From Camelus ferus (Eukaryota): a stretch of DNA of 64,000 nt. Numbering within the stretch: the first letter of the stretch is position 1; each line of letters starts with the position of its first letter. Below are positions 11,763 to 24,559 of the stretch, piece after piece. The notes below the pieces were generated by a model. It saw only the letters and a list, made by a program, of their open reading frames with translations. It did no database searches and was not told the origin of the DNA. The position numbers and the translations under genes are program-made. Location of the stretch: NCBI RefSeq assembly GCF_009834535.1, contig NC_045710.1, positions 4,154,001 to 4,218,000 on the forward strand, in the 5' to 3' direction.

Positions 11763-14700
11763 TGCTCATTCACCCTCTCTGTCTCGTTCATAATCTGTAA
11801 AATGGGTGTGAAAACTCACTCACATCAGTTCCGCGGGAGTCTCGTAATTGAGCAGCAGCGGGTTCTTAAGACACGAGGAGGGTGACTGAAGCCTAGTCCT
11901 TCGTTGCTGAGATGATAGCTGCCTCGCGACAGCCGGTGCTCCCCGAAGCCTAATTTCTTTTCAGAAAATAGCACACAGCCTTGTGGGTAGGAGAACAGGA
12001 CGGATCCTGGCCAGCGGAGACCCACACCGTCTCCACCCCTCCTCCTCCCGGTGCCCAGGCTCCTCCTGTGGACGAGGGGTGATGGTGGGTCCTGCTTCTC
12101 GGAGCTGCCGGCTGTTGAGGTGGGTCCTGAATTTGTACACCTAGCAAGTTCTCAGTAAATGTTAGTTGTGATTATTATTTCTTAGTCCTTATTTGAATTA
12201 ACGTTGCTTTTTTTCCTCCTTGTAGGAAAAATAAAACCCTCCCCTAAAGGCTGACACTGTGAAAGTCTTATTACTCCGTGAGCTGACAGGCACTTGTCCA
12301 AAACCTGAGCTCTGACAGGCAGCTGCTCGGAGGATGTTGAACCTTTGACAATGAAATTAATGCCAGATTTTAAATTTGGAAGACACGTGTAGGGGAATAG
12401 ATATATGCTGACATTTTTGGAACTCTGAGCTAGCTCAGGGAGGAAAAATATGTTTAAAATATCATTTGGAAGTTTCCTCTTAGTTTATACATTATTGAAA
12501 AGCATCCTTTAACTTTAGGTAGGCACTATGCCTTGATTGAATTAAGGCCAGAAGAGAGACCCTCTATTTATTCTGAATTACTATTATTATGATATTTAAG
12601 TTTATTTATTAAACTCTCTGTCATCTTTAAATGGGAATATCCATATAGTTCACAGTCAATTTGTCTGAAGGTCATACTGGAGAAGTCCTGTTTGCCTCTG
12701 GGCCTGGCCAGTTTCCCCAGTCTCCAGCCCAGCCCACCTCATTAGGTAATCATTGTAATTAGGGTTGGGGTATTCATCCAGTGGTTCTTTGTGCAAATAC
12801 AAACAAGCATAAATGTACACAAAGTTTACCCAACATTCACTGTATAATATGCACGTTCTCTTCTGGGCTTTTTTAATTAACTACATTGTGCAGATCTTCC
12901 ATTTTAACACATGGAATATTTCTCCTCCTTTCTTCAGCAGCCTCGTATTCCACTCCGTGGTTAATTTCCTCATGTATTTAACCCGTCCCCTACTTGGATC
13001 GTTTTTAATCTTTTGATATTTCAAACAAGACCGCAGTGACAAGCTTCACACACTGATCACATGCCCCAGAAGTGGGGTTTCTGGATCATCGGGTAAATGT
13101 AGGTAAAATATTGGTAGATTTTGATAAAAAACCCTTTTCATGTGTTGTGTCATCTTGAACTCCAGCCTTTCGGGCAGGAGAGCGATTATTGACCGAGAGC
13201 CACATGGACAGAGTGTTTGGCCCAGAGTTTGAGTGTCTGCCCGGGGAGAGGTGAGGAGTGGCATCTTGTGTGGGGAATTCGCTTGTCTCTTCTGAGTGTA
13301 TCCCACCTGGGGAGAGCTGGTCTTTCTTTGTGAACTGTCTCTTGTTCTTTGATCATTTTTTTTATTAAACTGTTGCTCCTTTATTTCTTAATTTCTAGAA
13401 CTCTGTATGAAGGAGATTAACTGTTTGGGATACATTCTGTGAGCTTTTTTTTTTTTAATTTTGTTATTTATTTTGACTTGCTTTGCGGAAGTTTTTGCAC
13501 CTTACACATATGAAGGAACATTGCAGGAAGAAACGTAATGGCTCCTCATTCTAACCAAAACCAACGATTTTACTTGTGTGAGTGTGTGTCCTGCCTTTGT
13601 TTGTAGAGACTCACACAGTGAACATGTGGTTTTTATGCTCACTTTCCACCCAAGAAATTATACCATAAAGTCATTGGTTACAACTGCAGAATGCATCCTT
13701 CTGTGGCCCCCACTATTCCATGTTGCTTTTACTGGTTTGATATTTCTTTTTTAAAAAAAAATTACATTTATGCATTGAAAACCTTTTTAATATTGTGGGA
13801 AATGCTGTGAAGAGCATTTTCACACCCTCAGGTTTTTGTTCTTATGGATGAATACCCAGAAATGGGGTGACTTGATCAAAGGATTTGAACATTTTGAGGG
13901 TCCTTGCTAAATACTGCCGGCTGCCTCTCTGTAGTGTTCTGTCATTGTTTATTACCATTAGCCAGGCTTGGTTATTCCTGGCTCCAGGACTCTAACCAAA
14001 TTATTATAATTCAGAAAAAGTGCAGTTGATTTTATGGATGGAGAATGAGCCCTGTCATTTGGGTGCAGTGAGCCTTGGAGATGTAACAGAATCAGAGTGC
14101 GGTGTCCTGCAGCCAGTGTCCTGGTTCCTGGGAGGAGAATGCTGGCACGTTTGTCCATGAGTTCACACCAAAGCACAGGTGACTGGACATGGTTCTTTGG
14201 GCAATTTTCACATACATTTAATTTGGCCAAAATAAGCGATTTTCTTTCACTGCAGAGAAAAGCACGTCTAGTTGCTAATTTGATAGTGATGGAGACGTCC
14301 GCTTGGTAAACACTTACCTTCCACCCACAGCACGTGCCGTGCGCCCAGGTTGCCGATGCCCCTGGCAACGTGGACGTGAGACCCTCCCTGCTCCTGGGAA
14401 GCTTCTAGCTTAGCAGAGCAGGGTCACCCTGGCTTTTCCCCAGGCGTGAGTTCGGAGGGTCAGATCGTGCTGACCCATTTTTATGGGGCGCCTCCTCCAT
14501 GCCAGGGCCTTTGGACCCAAGAGTGAGCAAAGCCAATGAAAATCAGTTTCCTTGGGGGAGAGTGTGTTTTGAAAAGGGCAGCAGAGAGTAAACAAGGTAA
14601 GTTCAGCTGTAGACGGTGAGGAGTGCTGGCGAGGAGAGAGGCCGAAGGGTGTGTGCACGTGGGGCTGGAGGGGTCTGCATTTAACCTGCTCCACTGGGGA

Positions 14701-17700
14701 GTGGTGGGAAGTTTGTAAGTGGGAGAGATCTGATGAAGTAGAGTTTTGCAGACACGAGGTTGGCTGGGGAACCGGAGAAGAATCTCCCCAGACCCCCCCA
14801 ACCATCATCTGCGCACGGGGGTCAGCAGACCCGGAGAGGAGACCTGGGCGCCGGGGGACGAGGGTGCTGGTGGTCGCCCACAGCCCCGGAGCGCGTGGGC
14901 CTGCTCTCTGGAATGTCAGGACACTGGTGGATGGCCCTGGAGGAGAACCTGTGGAAAGGGAGAGCAAAGGCTGGACGTGGCTCTGTTCTGTTTGGCGCTG
15001 TGATTCTGTGCTAATGATTCTCGTGTGACCAGAGTTTTACATCCTTGAGAGAACGGAGTCCCATCAGACTCATTATCACGTCAACAACTTGGTCCTTCCC
15101 CAGAGCAGACCTCCGAGACCGCTCCCTGTCTGTTCTCCATGAAGGAAGGCCCCCGCCCAGGGGCGCCGGGCGCTGGTCCTAGGCATCCTGCCAGCCTGCC
15201 ACCCTGGGCTGGAAGCGAATACGCTTCCTAGACTTGCATTATCATGGGTGTTCCCAGCGGGAACGCGCCCCGCCTTGGTTGTTGGTGTTTCCTCGGGAAT
15301 AATTTTTGAGTTCGGTCCTCTGTTTCCCTGCAGGAAAGGTTGCGTCAGTGTCTCTGATTCCACCCAGTTCCCCACCGGGTGGGCCTCGAACAAAGCCTCC
15401 CGCGCAGTAGCCAGAGGGTTGGGCTCCATGGTCAGAGCCCGGGGGCTTTCCTTCTCTCTCTGAATCTGTTCTAAACTAAAGCTGTTTCTGCACCTGGGGG
15501 GATCGTCGCTGCCATGTCAGAGCTAATTCTGAGTAAGTTGCGTGGGTTTTATATCTAAGAGAACCTCCGGTGTTGTCTAGTTAAAGACTCTCCAGGGTGG
15601 CGATGGGCGAGGTACTGGGATGAGGGGGGGCAAGAGGGAGTCTGCGGCATCACCACAATCCTCTTCTCTGTCATGGTTTGGATTTCTCTCTCTCCGTCCA
15701 GTAGGCTCGCCTGCACTGGGGGTCTCCTTAGCCAGGGTCAGAAAAGAGAGACTCGAGTGGCGTGGTGGTCTCTGCGTCCCCACTGGGGCGGGAGTTCTAG
15801 ACGAGTGGGCAGGGCTGAGGCTGGGGCTTGGACGTGTGGGCTCAGGACTGCGTGCGATCGGTGGTGGACCCTTCCTGACCTCCGCGTCTTGGTCACACTC
15901 CTGCTCCCATGGTCCTCAGCCCTGTCCCAGGACATCCTGATGACCCAGCCTTCCCCAGGGAGAGGTTAGAAGGCACAGCAGGACGATGGGTTTTCTTTCT
16001 GATTTTCAGAAAGCACAACCTCTGGCATCGGGCCTTGGGGAGACCAGAGCTTTTTTGGTGATATTACGATTCATTTTCTCACTGGGGAGGCTGAGTGCTG
16101 GATTTCAGCCTCTTAGCCAACTGAATGGACTGTCTTTAACATCATTAGGTCAAGTGCCTTATTTCATAAATGGGGACTGTCAGTGATGAAAAGATATTTT
16201 TAGGTGCAAAACATGGACCCTTCAACATTCTTAACTTAAAACATCAGTTTTTTTTTTTTTTTTTTCTCATTGGGTGCCTTCTTTTGTAGTCTAGAGGTGT
16301 AACAGCCAGATGGGGAGTTGTGCTTTTGTGTGCAGTGGACGGAGTATGGGGCTGTGAGTGGGGTTCTTGTGAGGGAAGGGGCCTCTCTGAGCCCCAGGGA
16401 GGCCTCCGCCCGCCCCACCAGCCATCTGAGCAGTAGGCGTGGTGAGAGGGTCCGGTTGCTGGACCTGAGGATCGTGGGAACGTTGATGCAGGAAGAGAAC
16501 GTGGCTGGGAAGTCGGCAGACTGGGTGCAAATCTGTGATTTGCCATTTGTTACCTTGAGACTTTGGGCAACTGGTTTACCTTCTTCAGCCTCCATTCTTA
16601 GTCTGTGCAGTGAAGACAACTGAGCTGACTTCCCATCTCTGCAGTGTTGATCGATCCTCTGCACAGCAGAAGGGGCTTTGGGGAGACATCTGCATGGGGA
16701 GACATCGCAGCTGATTGCAAGGGTCTCCCGAGATGCCCGCCAGCGTTATTTCATCAGAAAACAGGTGTACCCTCTTCGTCCTGGTGAGACAGGCAGTGCC
16801 CCGTGGAGGCGAGTGTTTTTCTACCTCGTTAACTGGGTAATAAAGGAAAGAACAAAAGATGGCCATATTTAATTTGAGTCTTTTTTAAACTGTTGGATGG
16901 TAACACTGACTCTTACAGAACTTACTTTCTTGAGAGGGAGAAAACAGTAAGTAAATAAAGACGTGCTTGTAGCGTATGTCGGGGAGCCTGCGGGGAGCAT
17001 AAAGAGGGCAGGGGGCTGGGCGTGGAGGGGTGGGTGCAGGCAGTTGTATACAGGTGATCTGATGACTGAAAGAAGGTGGGAGATGGATGAACCATGGGCA
17101 ATCGTGCTTCGGGGACATTAAGACTAGTGACCTTCTTGTCACAACCGTCATCCCGATGGAGTGACACGGGGTTCTTTAGGCTCCTTACAGGCTTTTGTTT
17201 TCTAAACACGGGGGTGGGGATCCTTTAATAATTCTTAGACCATTATCACGTTGAGAATATAGTTGAGCCCCGGTGGAGTAGAATGACGAGGCTTCTGCCT
17301 AACTTGTGGCGTGGGGGTTCTCATCTGTGGGTGATTAAAAGTGAGCTCTGATTATAGCCTGGGGTAGAAATGCGCGTGTGGAGCTAGCATAGGGAAGATG
17401 TTTATCGCAGAAGTGTTACCGTGTCCACGGCAGGGCACGGACCACTCCTGTTTTTCGGTTGGGACTTGCACGTCCCATGCCTGTGCAGGCAGACGTCAGA
17501 GGTTACTGCTTCCAGGTCTAAAGACGTGGAGGCTGAGTGTGGCTCAGACCACGAGCCGATTGCCCTTCCCACACGTCTGGTCCCCGTGTGAACTGCTGAC
17601 ATCGCAGGCTCCAGGTGGAAGGGAGTTTAACGGCTCTGATTCACTTTCCCACAAGAAGTGTCTGGGATGCTGAAGATGTGCCCTGGACCTTCTGACTGGC

Positions 17701-19284
17701 CCCATGCTGTGGTCTTTCTAGAACAAATTCTCAAGAGCCTGAGGGTCTCAATGAGCTGGACGCCAAGGACGGGGCCCTCAGAGCTGTTGTGTCCAGGCAG
17801 CATCCAGCCTCCGGCCCTCACACGTCACTGTCACGTGTGGTGGAAGAGATGGCTCAAACCTCTAGTTCTTTCTCTTTCTGTCTTCAAATCTCAGGAGATT
17901 TGGCAGGGCTGCTTGTGGTGAGGCATACTTTAAGTGACGTTTCCAGGATGCGGGGTGTCAGGCCCTGGCCTTGGTCCTGACCTCGAACCCACTCTCCCGG
18001 AGGACTTCTTGCAGGAATTTTCTGACTGTTTCTGAGCTTCATCCAGGAATCCTAGCTGGCTCCACGCATAGAATCAAGGGTGCTGACCTGAAATCAGGGG
18101 CTAGCAGACTTCCCTGCGCAGGGCGATGTGGGTGGCACCTCTGACTGTCAGCTCTTGTGATCCGGTGTCTGGAACAGCTGTTAGATCACTACAGAAACCT
18201 GACGCCGGCCGGCCAGCTACCAGTCCTGAGTAGGCGGAGGATCAGGTGTGTAAATGCAGGAGAGGAATGGGAGGGACTCTCGGGGTGGCGCTGGGGCGAG
18301 TGCTTGGAAAGGAAGGGCGTTGAGTGTTCAGGTGATTTAATGGACAGAGCAGGGCTCGTGGCCACAGGCGTGCCTGGGCTTGAAATGGATCTGTGGCGGA
18401 GGGTTCCGTGCTGGAAAGCACGGTTTATCCTCTAGCTTGTTGTCTCTGAACTGCATCTCCCACCTCCCCAAAACCCCTCTCAGCTGCTGCAGCGACAAGA
18501 GCCAGGCCTCTCGTTAAGACCTGGGTGACGCCCTTCCAGGTGGGTGGGAGGAGGGAGGGCTCAGAGGCCTGGGGGAATCCTGGGAGCCAGCTGAGGCCGC
18601 TGGTCCAGGGAGGTCCAGGACAGGCCATGAGGGTCTCACAGTGGGTGGGCAGCAGTGCGGACAGGGGAGCCCTGGTTTCTGGACTCTTCACAGAGGCCTG
18701 TGTCGGCCCCACTGCGTGCTCCCCACTCCACTGCGTCATGTTCTGTTAATCCCAGAGCCTGACGAGCCCCACGCCCAGGAATTTCCCAGGCTCCTTGTCT
18801 TGGCAGCGTGGCCTCCGTTTGTCTCCCAGGAGGAAAGAGCCACGTGTCTCTCCTGCCCCCGTCTGAGCCGGCCAGGGCGCGCTCCCAGCAGCCAGGACTG
18901 ACGAGAGAGCTGGAGGATGCAGGTGGCACGTGTGCCCGCAGACGGCTCCTGGCTTGGCAGAGTGTGATCCGGGTCCTTCAGCACAGGGAGCGGGGGGCCC
19001 CACGGCTGTTCACGCTCTATCGTAGACGGCATATCCTGTTGCTCTTGTGTTGTGTCCTTACCTGAAAAAGAAAGAAAAAAAAGTGGACGCAGTGACTAGC
19101 TGTGTCATGACAAAGTCTGGCAATAGTACATTTAGGTGGTTCATGATCAAGCAGAAGGCAGTGGTGGTGAGGTTTGGTGGGGTGGCTGTGGGGCCTCTTA
19201 GCAAACCCCTAAACAGCTGGGAGCAAGGAAATCATCTCTAAAAGGACGAACAACCTGAAGACCCCCCTCAGCCTTAAGACATAA

Positions 19285-19930
19285 CGGCATTTTAGTCAAT
19301 TTACGACATTGTGTCAATTTCTGATGTACAACTTCATGTTTCAGCCACACAGATACATGCATGTATTCGTTTTCATGTTCTTTTTCATTATAGGTCACTA
19401 CAAGGTATTGAACAGAGCTTCCTGTGCTGTACAGAAGAAACTTGTTGTTTATCTAGTTTATGTATAGTAGTTAGTATCTGCAAATCTCAAACTCTCAATT
19501 TATCCCTTCCTATTCCCCGCCTCCAACCCCAGTATCTGTGAGTCTGTTTCTGTTCTGTAACTAAGTTCATTTGTGTCATTTGTTTTTATTTTATTTTTTT
19601 TAGATTCCACGTGTAAGTGATACCATATGATGTTTTTCTTTCTCTTTCTGACTTACTTCACTTAGTATGACAATCTCCAGGTCCACCCATGTTGCTGCAA
19701 ATGGCATTCTTTCTTTCTTTTTTGTGGCTGAGTAGTATTCCGTTGTATAAATACACCACATCTCCTTTATCCAATCTTCTGTTGGTAGACATTTAGGTTG
19801 CTTCCACATCTTGGCTATTGTAAATAGTGCTGCTGTGAACATTGGAGTGCATGTGTCTTTTTGAATTAGAGTTCCCTCCGAATATATGCCCAAGAGTGGG
19901 ATGGCTGGTTCATACAATAAGTCTTTTTTT
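19285..19930 (-). mobile_element. L1 3' fragment with ORF2 C-terminal remnant
   Basis: ORF 19600-19935(-) YEPAIPLLGIY...CTPMFTAALFTIAKMWKQPKC...WIKEMWCIYTTEYYSA...LEIVILSEVSQKEK is the L1 ORF2p C-terminus, followed by 3'UTR. Confidence 0.92.
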
Positions 19931-20831
19931 AGCAAAACATAATGAATTTACGTTTGATTTTTCCAGCGGTCGCTCCCTGGCAGCTGGGTTGTGATGTTCG
20001 GGTTGGAGTAACAGTCCCTCTGTGTCCTGCTCTGCATTTCATCCCCGGACGTTGGTCAGAGAGCCAGGCTTGTCTGGGCTGCCTGGGGGAGGCAGCCTGT
20101 TATGTGGAAGCTGCGGGGACATTTTAGGCTTGCCTGCACAGTATTTTATCAGTCTTCGAAAGGAAGGAGTGAGCTTGCTCTCTGCCATGAACGCCCCTTG
20201 TTTGCTAAGCCAAGCTGCCTGTGAGGGAAGCAGCTCCCAGCATTAAGTCCACAAGCCACAAGCCCTCCCAGGCCGGGGAGGAAGTGTCTCAAGGCCGTAG
20301 CACCGGCTGACCTTGGACGTTCCTCCAAGGTCATTTTCAGCAGAATCTCTGTATTGTGCGGGGGGTCACATCCCGGACAGTGGTAGGGGTGCCAGGTCCT
20401 GTTGCAGGAAGTCTCATTCTGTTGGCCTTGCAGCAGCCCAGACTGTTTTCTGGCCAGAGAAGTGCAGACTCAGAGCACTGGGAGGGACAGAGGGAGTGGG
20501 GTGGGTTTGCTCTGTGGAGGGAACCAATACCATCCACCCTTCTTGGAGTGTGGCTGTGCTCATTAGCATATGAAAACCCATGCGGAGTTTGATGGTTAAA
20601 AAAAATAAACACACAAACCTGCTCAACTATGTTTAATCCAGTACTCCTCAGATTTTAGTATCCCATTTAATAATAGTACTATTTAGGGAAAGCCTGGGCT
20701 TAAAACAGATGAAAATCTTAAAATCTTAGACTCTTGAAAGATTCCAGTTGACTCTGCATTTCAATAGGCTTATTTGGGTTTACATGAAAACAGTACATTT
20801 TTTCAAATAAATTTTTTATTTTAGAGCAGTT

Positions 20832-20963
20832 TATTTTACTTTTTGGGGGGCGGTTAGTAATTAGGTTTACTTATCTATTTATTTTTAACAGAGGTGCTGG
20901 GGTTTGAACCCAGGACCTCATGTATGCTAGGCACACACTCTACCACTGAGCTGTACCCTCACC
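20832..20963 (-). mobile_element. tRNA-derived SINE (vic-1-like)
   Basis: Reverse complement contains box A (cagctcagtggtagag) and box B (gggttcaaacccc), then taattac, a C-run and an A-rich tail. Flanking g(a/g)gcagttta duplication. Confidence 0.85.
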
Positions 20964-21269
20964 TCTAAGGGCAGTTTACATTTAGATTTACAGATTTGGT
21001 TTTCAGTTTAGATATAGGATAGCAGATTTGGATGGAGATTTAGAAAACTCAGAATGATGCAGAAAGATGCAAAATGTCTAGGGAGTTACGATGCAGACGA
21101 GTTTCAGGTTGAGGGCAAAGCTGAGGGGGAGGTGCAGAGCTCCCCCCATAGCCCCCATCCCCACACAGGCAGTCCCCACCCCCACTGACCCCCGCCCCCC
21201 GCCAGGGAGCGTCTGTCACCTCGATGACCCTGCCTTGACACATCGCCCTCACTTGGAGCCATAGTTCGC

Positions 21270-21630
21270 TGCATTGCCGGGTGGCCATAACAACATGCCA
21301 CAGGCTGGGCACTGAAGCACAGAAGTTTATTTTCCCACAATTCTAGAGGCCAGAAGCCTGAGATCAGGGTTCCTGCAGGGTTGGGCTCTCCTCAGGCTCC
21401 GGTAAGGACTGTCCTTGTGGCTGATAGGTGACTGTCCTCCACCCTAATCCTCCCGTGTAGCAGAGAGACACTGAGATCTTCCTCTTTTCTAAGGCCACAG
21501 CCCTGCTGGATGAGAGCCCCACCCCTAGGACCTCATCTGACCTTAATCGCCTCGTCAGGACATGCGGTTACCTCGAGGGTGGGCTGTAACGTGTGGACTT
21601 CGGAGGGGCACACAGTGCGGTCCGCACCGT
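21270..21630 (-). mobile_element. MLT1 LTR nested in an L1 fragment
   Basis: ggccataacaacatgccacaggctggg...cagaagtttattttcccacaattctagaggccagaagcctgagatcaggg...gacctcatctgaccttaat. Confidence 0.75.
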
Positions 21631-23639
21631 CTGCCCTGGGGTTCACTCTTGGTGCTGTACATTCTGTGGGTTTTGGCAAATGTCTGATGTCACGCCTCCA
21701 CCGTGACAACCTCACGTTGATGGGTTTTTCTGACCTGAAGTCTCCCCTGTGCTTGGTCTGTTTATCCTTTTCTCCCTGTCCGGCGACTACTGATCTTCTT
21801 ACTGTCTCCCTAAGTTTGCCTTTTCCAGAATGTCACAGAGGTTTAATCACACAGTCTGGTGGCTTGCAGATTGGCTTCTTGCATTGGTAACACGTGCTGA
21901 AGATTCCTCTGTGTCTCTTCGTGGCTTGATAGCTCATTTCTTTGTAGCCCTGAAAGGTACTCTGTGGTCTGGATGTAACACGGATTATTTTTCCATTCCC
22001 TTGTTGAAGGACGTCTCGGCTGCTGCCGTGTTCTGGCGATCATGAATAACGCTGCCGTGCGCACCCACATGCAGGGGTCACATTGGTGGGTGAACACCTG
22101 GGAGTCTAGCTGCTGAAAGCAGTTGTTTTTACCACTGAGCTGCAGGCATCGCCTCCTCTGGGGGAGGCAGCAGAGACTCCAAGAAAGGGGTGAGAGTTGA
22201 GTTTTGGAGAAACTGGGACGATGCTGGGAGTGGCGGGTCGGGAGGGTTTGGAGAAGAGGGGAGAAAGGGGAGGGGGCTGGGCTGGGGAGGGCCCACAGGC
22301 ATGCCCTGGCCCTTCTGGGACAGCAGGGGCTTGTTGCAGGAAGTCCTGAGAGTGGAAGGGGGCGGTGACTGGCTGACACCTGGCTGGGTTTCCCTTCCCT
22401 GCTTTGCTCTGAAGGGGTGAAGACGGGCGAATAGGGACCTGCAGGAGGCACAGCCCTAGGGCCCAGGGTGGGATGGTTCTGGCCAGACAACCGATCTCAC
22501 CCTTAAGAATATCTCCCTCAATGGACTCCTTTCCCTTCCAGCTCTTTGTCATCCTTATAAAACTCTTTCATCACAGTTCCCCCTCTTTGCATAACCCGGT
22601 TGTGCTTAATAAGTAACTTGCCCTGTAAACATTTTGAGTTGCCTAGATTGAATAATACTTATCATTGACCAGATGTTCTTAAAATAGTTTGCTGTTTCAT
22701 TCGACTTGACATTCACGTTAGGAAAACAAAGACAGTTTTTTTTTCCCCCTTATTGTGCATTGTGATTCTCGTAGCAAATTCCTATTTCAAGTTTGCAGCT
22801 GCTCAGTGTTTGCAAAATCATAACCGGCCCATCCTGTGAGTAGGGAAGGTTGTGGTGGGCTTAGACAATGTGCACTGTGTAAAGTATGTCCTATTGTTTT
22901 TGCCGCTGAATCCTGACTGTGAGCTCACCTCCGAGAATGTCTGCTCTGCAGAGGAAGAGTACTGACAAATGCCAGGAAGTCGTGTCTGACCTGCTTCGAG
23001 GCTCGCTCACGGGGCTGGGAGGTGAGGGGCCGCGGCTGACCTGCACCCGGGCCAGCGGGAAGCAGCGCTGTCTCGAAGTCAAGTGGAAATCATGGTCCAG
23101 GAAGAAAGGAAGCAAGGGGTCAGGCCCTGCAGGCTGAGCCGAGGGTCATGCCTTTGGAGAGGCTGTAAACAGGAAAGGGAGCCGAGCTTAGAAGCTGGAG
23201 GAGGGAGGATTGCCTGGGGTCCAGGTGAAAGGCAGGAAGTGGCTGAGGGGGCAGAAGAGTGAGGGGTGATGTCCCCTGCCCGGAGCTTACAGTGAGGGCA
23301 GGGCTCAGGCTTCAAGGACTGTGTTGAAGGGGCGAGCCCAGACTTCTGCCATTCTGCAGCACGTCTGGGGTATGCCCAGCCTCTGAGCGCACTGCCCAGC
23401 GGATGATGAAGCGGGAGGCCTCTGAGGTTTTGGTGTTTGCTTCCTCCAAAGATGACGGACTTTCGGCGCGCATTTCCTAGGAGACTGAATCCATCACGTC
23501 GTCTCTGGGCTCAACAACTTTTCACCTCTCTTTTCCCCCTCTCTTTCTTCCCTCTCTATGTGGGTTAATGTCCAGGTTCTTAAACCCGACGTATTATGAC
23601 GACCTCTACTTACCAAGCAGCTAATATGGCCCGGTAATT

Positions 23640-23795
23640 TTAAATATGTTATTTCTCACTCATGTTTCACAAGGGCCCATGGGAGGCCATGGTGCCTAAG
23701 TTTTACAGCGGAAAATACTCAAGTTCATAGAGGCTGAGTAATTTCTCCAGCATCACACGGCCAAGAGGGAGAACAGGAATTTGAACTCAGCTCTG
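23640..23795 (-). mobile_element. MIR fragment
   Basis: ttttacagcggaaaatact...agaggctgagtaatttctccagcatcacac...aggaatttgaactcag. Confidence 0.55.
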
Positions 23796-24152
23796 CTGGT
23801 GACAGAACGCGGCCTCTGCCGCTCGGTGCCCCACGGAATCTGGAGCACAGGTTTTCCGGACAGTGTTCACGGCCGCCTGTCCCAGCTCTCCGGGTCAGAG
23901 AGGTCAGTTGAGCAGCCTCTGCCCACCTGGGGCCGTTTCCAATCTTCAGCGATTTCTCAATGCTTCCAGTAAAGGTTTGTGATCCCTGTCAGGGCCTAGC
24001 TACCATTCTTAATCAAAACACAGTCGGCACCCTGTACTGTGAGCTTGAAGAGCTACTAAGGATTAAAACAGAAAAAGGTACAGAGAAATATAAAGGAAAA
24101 AAGTCTTGGCCCGTAAGCCCAGGATCCAGAAAACCCTGCAGAGATTTAAAAT

Positions 24153-24559
24153 TGTTACGGAAATGACACGCCAGCCAAGAAACAAGCACCACTCGGAGGG
24201 TTGGAGTACTCAGATTTATTACGCCGGTGGGCTCAGAGGGGCTTCTGCTCCGAAGCTCTGAGCACCTCCAAGACGTGCACATGAGGTTTTATAGGGTTAA
24301 TTACAAGTATGGGCTATTAGCCAATAAGGTTCAAACAACAAAAAGCAAGGAATCAGTGCACTGGAGCTTATCAATTTGGAACAGATCACGTTACTGACAC
24401 TTGTTGAGCTTGGATTTACGAGTTAGCTTGTTAGCCCAGTAAACTGACACTAAACTTCAGATTTACAAGTTAGCCCGGCAGAACTCAGATCAGTAATCCG
24501 ACACTTGTTACACTTAGATTTGTGACTTAGCTTGTTAGCCCAGCTGGGCTTTTCCTTCA
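24153..24559 (-). mobile_element. Solo ERV LTR (copy A), probably class II/ERVK-like
   Basis: TG...CA termini and a perfect 6-bp TSD TAAAAT (24147-24152 / 24560-24565). Minus-strand TATAAAA at 24287-24293 and AATAAA at 24215-24220. Internal repeats of cttagattt...gttagc. A 6-bp TSD is typical of betaretrovirus-like ERVs. Confidence 0.85.

Larger units (their letters stand above)
20808..22110 (-). mobile_element. Older L1 (L1MB-like) 3' fragment interrupted by a SINE and an MLT1 LTR
   Basis: L1M-type motifs aaataaattttttattttagagcagttta and ggggttcactcttggtgctgtacattctgtgggttt. ORF-track remnants (ALFMIARTRQQPRRPSTREWKN...YIQTTEY) resemble the ORF2 end. The subfamily is assigned from memory. 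Confidence 0.6.

Noticed and set aside
19600-19935. 111-aa ORF as a host gene
   Set aside because: It is a fragment of the L1 ORF2p C-terminus with no EN/RT domains. Annotated as a mobile element.
22106-22560. Pro-rich minus-strand ORFs as retroviral gag or a processed pseudogene
   Set aside because: No recognisable gag motifs, poly(A) or TSD. The purine-rich + strand explains the Pro/Ser bias.
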